A model generated the notes under the pieces. The model was given only the letters and a program-made list of their open reading frames with translations, had not been told where the DNA came from and did no database searches. Below are positions 59,583 through 64,000 of a stretch of 64,000 bases of DNA, piece after piece. Position 1 is the stretch's first letter, and the number at the start of each line of letters is the position of its first letter. The position numbers and the translations under genes were made by a program. This DNA is from an uncultured Clostridia bacterium. Lineage in GTDB: Bacteria > Bacillota > Clostridia > HGM11514. The stretch covers positions 9,570-73,569 of the forward strand of contig CAKSKB010000004.1 of the NCBI GenBank assembly GCA_934464705.1. Direction: 5' to 3'.

Positions 59583-60383
59583 TCATTCCTCCTCTACCGG
59601 GATTTGGATTTCCCAGGTATCTCCTTCGGGATAAATTTCAATATTAGGCATCGATTTCCGCCTTCTGTAGCCGCTGCCGGGAATATATACCGCAAGAATC
59701 TGCTCATATATTCCGTTTACCTTATCGGAGTCAAATTCCGACACCGCAAAGCACATTCTCTGCGATGGATTTACATATGTAAAAGCGCCTTGCTCGCACG
59801 GTGCTTCTTTGCCGATTGTGCACTTAACGCTTCCGTCCGGATTGTTCTCGTAAACCGCAACAAAGGTGCTTGACGACGAATATTCGGACTGCTCAAAGCG
59901 TTTCCAGACGCTTTCGCAGCAAACCGTATCGAAATTATCCGACACTCCCTGAACGCCGCAGACATAAAAGCCTTCCGACTTTATAATTCTGCATGAAAAC
60001 TCAGGAAGATTCTCTGTAATTCTAAAAGTGTTAAGCTTGGGATAAAGCTTTATTTCCGCTGTATCAAGTTTTGCCTCGCTGGGGGTAATTCCGAAGAATC
60101 CCTTAAAAGCCCTTGAATAAGCGGAAGATGAATCATAACGGTACTTTCCGGCAATTTCGGTTATTGAAAGAGCACTGCTTTTCAAATCGAAAACCGATCT
60201 TGACAGACGGCGGTTTTTGATGTATTCATAAAGCGGAACTCCCGCCGCAAACGAGAAAATCCGCCTGAATTCATAAACCGAAACCGAAAGCATTTTTGCC
60301 GGAACGGAATAGTTTATCTCAGACTCGAGATTATTTTCCAAATATTCTATGACTTCCGAAAACCGCTTAAAATTATTGTTCAT
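59583..60383 (-). CDS. AraC-family HTH regulator with C-terminal GyrI-like effector-binding domain
   Basis: N-terminal HTH_AraC (AKMLSVSVYEFRRIFSFAAGVPLYEYIKNRRL..ITEIAGKYRYDSSSAYSRAFKGFFGITPSEAK); the C-terminal ~150 aa are GyrI-like. Divergent from an ABC exporter pair. Confidence 0.8.
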   Translation of the reverse strand: MNNNFKRFSEVIEYLENNLESEINYSVPAKMLSVSVYEFRRIFSFAAGVPLYEYIKNRRLSRSVFDLKSSALSITEIAGKYRYDSSSAYSRAFKGFFGITPSEAKLDTAEIKLYPKLNTFRITENLPEFSCRIIKSEGFYVCGVQGVSDNFDTVCCESVWKRFEQSEYSSSSTFVAVYENNPDGSVKCTIGKEAPCEQGAFTYVNPSQRMCFAVSEFDSDKVNGIYEQILAVYIPGSGYRRRKSMPNIEIYPEGDTWEIQIPVEEE

Positions 60384-60513
60384 AACAATCACCATATATA
60401 TTATATATAAAAACGCTCCGATTTGCAAGTCCGATTTATAACCAATTCTGCATATTGACAAAGCATTGCAAAAGTATTATAATTATTTAGGTAGTTTCGG
60501 GAAGGAGCAGTTT

Positions 60514-62220
60514 ATGGGATTTTTATTTAAATATTTGAAAAAATATAAGGCCGCAAGCATAATCGGACCGCTTTTCAAGGTCATCGAAGTTGCGTTTGAA
60601 CTTTTGGTTCCGCTTGTTGTTGCGTCGATAATCGACAGCGGCATAGGCGGCGGCAATAAAGCTTACATAATAAAAATGTGTTTTGTTATGGCAGGGCTTG
60701 CGGCGATAGGGCTTGCAAGCACGCTTGTTGCGCAGTATTATTCGGCAAAGGCGGCAATCGGCGTTGCGACCGATATGCGGCATGACCTTTTTGCGAAAAT
60801 CCAGAGTTTTTCCGCAAAACAGTCGGAAAAATTCGGAACTTCGGCGCTGATAACCTCAATGACAAGCGATATAAACCAGATTCAGGCAGGGGTAAATATA
60901 TCGCTCAGGCTTTTGCTCCGCTCGCCGTTTGTGGTGCTCGGCGCAATGATAATGGCATTCACCGTCGATGTTCATGCCGCAATCGTATTTGCGGTTGTTA
61001 TACCGATTCTTTTTGCGGTTGTGCTCCTGTGCATAAACTCTACAATACCGATGTTCAGAAATGTTCAGAAAAAGCTTTCGGATGTAACGGTTATGATCCG
61101 CGAAAACATAACGGGCACCAGGGTAATCCGTGCGTTCAACAACCAGGAAACCGAAAACAGAGAATTCACTGCGGAAAACGAAAATCTTTCGGTGCTCCAG
61201 AAGTTTGCCGGTGCCGTTTCTTCAATCATGAACCCGGCAACCTTCTTTATAATTAATATCGCAGTTATTTTTCTGATCAGAACAGGCGCCGTAAGGGTCG
61301 GGATGGGGCTTCTCACAGCCGGACAGGTTGTTGCGCTCTACAATTATATGTCTCAGATTCTTGTGGAACTGATAAAATTTGCCAATGTTACGGTCAGCCT
61401 TTCAAAAACGCTTGCCTGCTCAAAGAGAATAGAGGCGGTAATGAACACCGAAACTTCCCTTATAAATGTTGATACTCCTTCAAAATCAGAGGATAAAAAG
61501 GTGGTTTTCGACAATGTATGCTTTTCGTATACCGGCGGCGAGGACGCAATCGATGGCATAAGCTTCTCGGCAAAGCCCGGCGAAACCATAGGAATAACCG
61601 GAGGTACCGGCTCGGGAAAAACAACCGTTATAAACCTTATTCCGAGGTTTTATGACGCAAAATCCGGCTCGGTTTTAATAGACGGGCACGATGTCCGCTC
61701 ATATGACATAAAGGAACTGCGCGGAAGAATCGGCGTTGTTCCGCAGAAGGCTGCGCTTTTCACCGGAACAATCCGTGAAAACATACTTTTCGGCTGCGAC
61801 AATGCGACCGATGAGAACTTAAACGAAGCTATCAGGGTTTCGCAGTCCGAAGATGTCATTGCCTCCAAAAAGAACGGGCTTGAAGAAACAGTCGGAAGTT
61901 CCGGGCTTTCAGGCGGTCAGCGGCAAAGGCTGACAATAGCGCGTGCGCTCGTCAAAAAGCCTGAAATACTTATCCTCGATGATTCCGCATCCGCACTTGA
62001 TTACGCAACCGATGCTCGTCTCCGTGCGGCAATTAAGAATTTATCGTGGAAACCCACGGTATTTATAGTTTCTCAGAGAATTTCGGCAGTTATGGGGTGC
62101 GACAGAGTTCTGTTGCTCGATGACGGAAAACAGGTCGGCTTTGCACCGCATGACGAGCTTTACCAAACCTCCGAACTCTACCGCGAGATTTGTGATATTC
62201 AGCAGGGGGTGGGCAAATGA
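60514..62220 (+). CDS. ABC exporter, fused permease/ATPase (heterodimer subunit 1)
   Basis: 6-TM type I exporter domain, Walker A GGTGSGKTT, signature LSGGQRQRLTIARAL. GGAAGGAG RBS at the internal ATG. Confidence 0.9.
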   Translation: MGFLFKYLKKYKAASIIGPLFKVIEVAFELLVPLVVASIIDSGIGGGNKAYIIKMCFVMAGLAAIGLASTLVAQYYSAKAAIGVATDMRHDLFAKIQSFSAKQSEKFGTSALITSMTSDINQIQAGVNISLRLLLRSPFVVLGAMIMAFTVDVHAAIVFAVVIPILFAVVLLCINSTIPMFRNVQKKLSDVTVMIRENITGTRVIRAFNNQETENREFTAENENLSVLQKFAGAVSSIMNPATFFIINIAVIFLIRTGAVRVGMGLLTAGQVVALYNYMSQILVELIKFANVTVSLSKTLACSKRIEAVMNTETSLINVDTPSKSEDKKVVFDNVCFSYTGGEDAIDGISFSAKPGETIGITGGTGSGKTTVINLIPRFYDAKSGSVLIDGHDVRSYDIKELRGRIGVVPQKAALFTGTIRENILFGCDNATDENLNEAIRVSQSEDVIASKKNGLEETVGSSGLSGGQRQRLTIARALVKKPEILILDDSASALDYATDARLRAAIKNLSWKPTVFIVSQRISAVMGCDRVLLLDDGKQVGFAPHDELYQTSELYREICDIQQGVGK

Positions 62221-63926
62221 AAACCGCAAAAAGAGTGCTTAAATACATTAAAAATTACAGAATGTATATCATCATATCGCTTGTAATGGCGGCAATTTCG
62301 GTTGCCGGAACGCTTTATATACCCGTCCTTGCAGGCGACGCAATCGACCTTATAGCAGAGAGAAAATTCGGCGGCATAGGCAAGATTCTCATATCTGCGG
62401 GAATCGTAACCGCAGTTGCCGCACTTGCAACATGGATAATGAATATCTGCAACAACCGCATAACCTACAGCGTTGCAAGAGATCTTAGGCGCGATATATT
62501 CCTAAAGCTCGGGCGGCTGCCCGTGTCATATACGGACACAAAAAAAACCGGAGAAACCGTCAGCCTCGCCACCGCCGATACCGAAACCGTAGCGGACGGG
62601 CTTTTAATGGGATTCACGCAGTTTTTCACGGGAATACTGACAATCCTCGGCACACTCGGATTCATGGTAGCGATAAACGCAAAAATAGCCGCAGCCGTAG
62701 TTATCCTCACGCCGCTGTCGCTTTTTGTTTCCAAATTCATTGCTTCAAAAACATATAAGATGTTCAGAAAGCAAAGCGAGGTCCGTGCGCAGCAAACGGG
62801 GCTTATCGACGAATACATAAGCAACTACAAAATCGTAAAGGCATTCACCGCGGAAGATAAGGTTATCGGCAAGTTTGATACGGTCAATGCGGAACTTAAA
62901 AGCTGTTCGTTCAAGGCGATGTTCTTTTCGTCGCTCACTAACCCGTCAACAAGATTTATAAACGCAGTTGTGTACGCAAGCGTTGCGCTCATAGGGGCGC
63001 TGTCGGTAATCGGCGGAGGAGGCCTTACTGTCGGGGGGCTTACCTGCCTTTTGAGTTATGCCAACCAGTACACAAAGCCGTTCAATGAAATTTCGGGCGT
63101 GGTAACCGAGCTTCAGGGCGCCGTTGCTTCTGCGGCAAGGGTTTTCGAGCTTCTTGATGAAACGGAAGAATCCCACGAAACCGCCGAGCTTGCACCCGCG
63201 GAAGGAAACATGGAATTTAAAGATGTTAAATTTTCTTATATTCCCGAAAGGCCGCTTATCGAGGGCTTTAATCTCAGCGTGAAAAAAGGGCAGACAATAG
63301 CAATCGTAGGTCCCACCGGCTGCGGAAAAACAACGCTTATCAACCTGATTATGCGTTTTTATGATGTCTGCGGCGGAAGCATTTCGGTTGACGGCACGGA
63401 TATAAAAACCGTTTCAAGAGAAAGCCTGAGAAGGAATTTCGGAATGGTTCTTCAGGACACATGGCTTAAAAGCGGTACAATTAAGGATAATATCCGAATG
63501 GCAAAGCCGGATGCAACAGACGATGAAATAATAAATGCTGCAAAAGCTTCGCACGCACACAGCTTTATCAAAAGAATGGAAAACGGATACGATACTTATA
63601 TCGGCGAGGACGGCGGAGGGCTTTCCGCCGGGCAAAGGCAGCTTTTGTGCATAACAAGGGTTATGCTGCTTAATCCGAACATTCTGATACTTGACGAAGC
63701 AACATCGTCAATCGATACGCATACGGAGGTCAGAATCCAAAAAGCATTCGACCGCCTTACAAGTGGAAAAACCGCATTTATCGTGGCGCACAGGCTGTCA
63801 ACAATACAAAACGCCGATGTGATTCTCGTTATGAAGGACGGGCACATCATAGAACAGGGCAAGCACGAAGAACTCCTCGAAAAGGGCGGCTTCTACCATA
63901 AGCTTTATATGAGCAGGATTGCTTAG
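62217..63926 (+). CDS. ABC exporter, fused permease/ATPase (heterodimer subunit 2)
   Basis: Walker A GPTGCGKTT, signature LSAGQRQLLCITRVM, Walker B ILILDEATSSID; ATGA overlap with subunit 1. Confidence 0.9.
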   Translation: MKTAKRVLKYIKNYRMYIIISLVMAAISVAGTLYIPVLAGDAIDLIAERKFGGIGKILISAGIVTAVAALATWIMNICNNRITYSVARDLRRDIFLKLGRLPVSYTDTKKTGETVSLATADTETVADGLLMGFTQFFTGILTILGTLGFMVAINAKIAAAVVILTPLSLFVSKFIASKTYKMFRKQSEVRAQQTGLIDEYISNYKIVKAFTAEDKVIGKFDTVNAELKSCSFKAMFFSSLTNPSTRFINAVVYASVALIGALSVIGGGGLTVGGLTCLLSYANQYTKPFNEISGVVTELQGAVASAARVFELLDETEESHETAELAPAEGNMEFKDVKFSYIPERPLIEGFNLSVKKGQTIAIVGPTGCGKTTLINLIMRFYDVCGGSISVDGTDIKTVSRESLRRNFGMVLQDTWLKSGTIKDNIRMAKPDATDDEIINAAKASHAHSFIKRMENGYDTYIGEDGGGLSAGQRQLLCITRVMLLNPNILILDEATSSIDTHTEVRIQKAFDRLTSGKTAFIVAHRLSTIQNADVILVMKDGHIIEQGKHEELLEKGGFYHKLYMSRIA

Positions 63927-64000
63927 GCAATCAAGGCTCTGCCCATTGGTTGGGCTGATTTTTCACAATACTGTGCAAACTTCCGAAACTTTGTTGGTTT

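Noticed and set aside
63940-63970. Weak hairpin GCCCA-TTGGT-TGGGC followed by TGATTTTTC after the ABC exporter genes
   Set aside because: The 5-bp stem is too weak to call a terminator confidently, and the window ends shortly after.

Overview
This 64 kb window looks like chromosomal DNA from a Gram-positive anaerobe (Clostridia; BspA-type LRR/SLH surface proteins suggest a Ruminococcus/Oscillospiraceae-like organism). Coordinates 1.7-17.6 kb hold the complete S10-spc-alpha ribosomal-protein supercluster on the minus strand, in fully conserved order: rpsJ-rplC-rplD-rplW-rplB-rpsS-rplV-rpsC-rplP-rpmC-rpsQ-rplN-rplX-rplE-rpsZ-rpsH-rplF-rplR-rpsE-rpmD-rplO-secY-adk-map-KOW-infA-rpmJ-rpsM-rpsK-rpsD-rpoA-rplQ. 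It is driven by a consensus sigma-A promoter and a ~370-nt structured leader. The str operon (rpsL/rpsG/fusA/tuf) is not upstream; the adjacent DNA instead encodes two large BspA-type leucine-rich-repeat surface proteins, one with C-terminal SLH domains. The rest of the window is housekeeping and accessory metabolism: pcrA, yerC, cspA, hslO, upp, metK, serS with a YbaK deacylase, a lone tRNA-Val(TAC), an orphan spoVAEB, and BofA-like and DivIVA-domain proteins. Several observations deserve a second look. (i) A divergent DeoR-controlled locus pairs a GHL-type hydrolase with a GDPD-PHP fusion phosphodiesterase, a Zn polyol dehydrogenase and a PfkB kinase; I read this as a candidate undescribed polyol-phosphodiester salvage pathway. 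(ii) A textbook TPP riboswitch with its own perfect promoter controls an ECF-type ThiT; the ORF caller mistranslated the riboswitch terminator as the ThiT N-terminus. (iii) An XRE-type HTH domain is fused in frame to a single-chain Fe-S L-serine dehydratase. (iv) Tandem paralogous metallophosphoesterases are translationally coupled to a HAD hydrolase. (v) An EF-G paralogue has lost the catalytic histidine (DTPGH to DTPGY) and the G1 His/Asp. (vi) Two copies of a 33-bp perfect palindrome flank a 279-bp hairpin-rich non-coding insert between convergent genes (MITE-like, or a duplicated bidirectional terminator). (vii) A 337-bp divergent control region carries repeated GTTAG-N6-CTAAC and TTGTGCA palindromes. 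I found no CRISPR array, transposase or integrase. Most plus-strand ORFs across the ribosomal operon and ORFs antisense to large genes are translation artefacts.
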